A program made the position numbers and the translations under genes. From assembly GCF_036321535.1 (NCBI RefSeq), contig NC_087437.1:103976001-104040000 (forward strand): 64,000 nt of DNA, given 5' to 3'. The notes below the pieces were generated by a model. The model saw only the letters and a list, made by a program, of their open reading frames with translations, made no database searches and was not told the origin of the DNA. Source of the DNA: Camelus dromedarius (lineage: Eukaryota). This document shows positions 63,850-64,000 of the stretch, piece after piece; the first letter of the stretch is position 1, and each line of letters opens with the position of its first letter.

Positions 63850-64000
63850 AGGAAGGTTGAATAAGTTCTCTTGTACTTTACAGGTATTTATATCTGAAAC
63901 AGTCTCTAAGAAGCTACATCCAAGGGTTTCATCCTCATCTGGACCTAATTTAGATGATGAGATCCAGATCTTCTAGCCAAAATCAGCATTACAATAAGAT
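63850..64000 (+). mobile_element. MLT1 internal-sequence 3' fragment, truncated by the window edge
   Basis: CATCTGGACCTAATTTAGATGATGAGATCCAGA resembles the recalled MLT1-int distal segment. Confidence 0.45.

Overview
AT-rich, CpG-poor placental-mammal genomic DNA from a gene desert or very large intron. I find no protein-coding exon, RNA gene or prokaryote-type system. The ORF-track entries are decayed LINE-1 ORF1/ORF2 pieces or chance ORFs. Much of the window is interspersed repeat: a dead near-full-length ~6.7-kb L1 with a cetartiodactyl-type 3' UTR (56366-63105), older L1M fragments, L2 and MIR relics, MaLR/ERVL LTRs (MLT1, MLT2, LTR33-like), ERV1 solo LTRs (MER31, LTR37-like, two related TSD-flanked LTRs) and DNA-transposon fossils (Tigger1 derivative, MER2-like, MER5, Charlie1). 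No lineage-specific SINE is visible, which tentatively suggests a camelid. Repeat family names come from recalled consensus sequences and need RepeatMasker/Dfam confirmation; boundaries of old elements are approximate. The best leads are modest: two related ERV1 solo LTRs carrying PBX-type motifs upstream of their TATA elements, a candidate CTCF site in a CpG-retaining unique block, and an L1 strand bias plus non-coding exon candidates hinting at a minus-strand transcript. I cannot support a novel biological system here.
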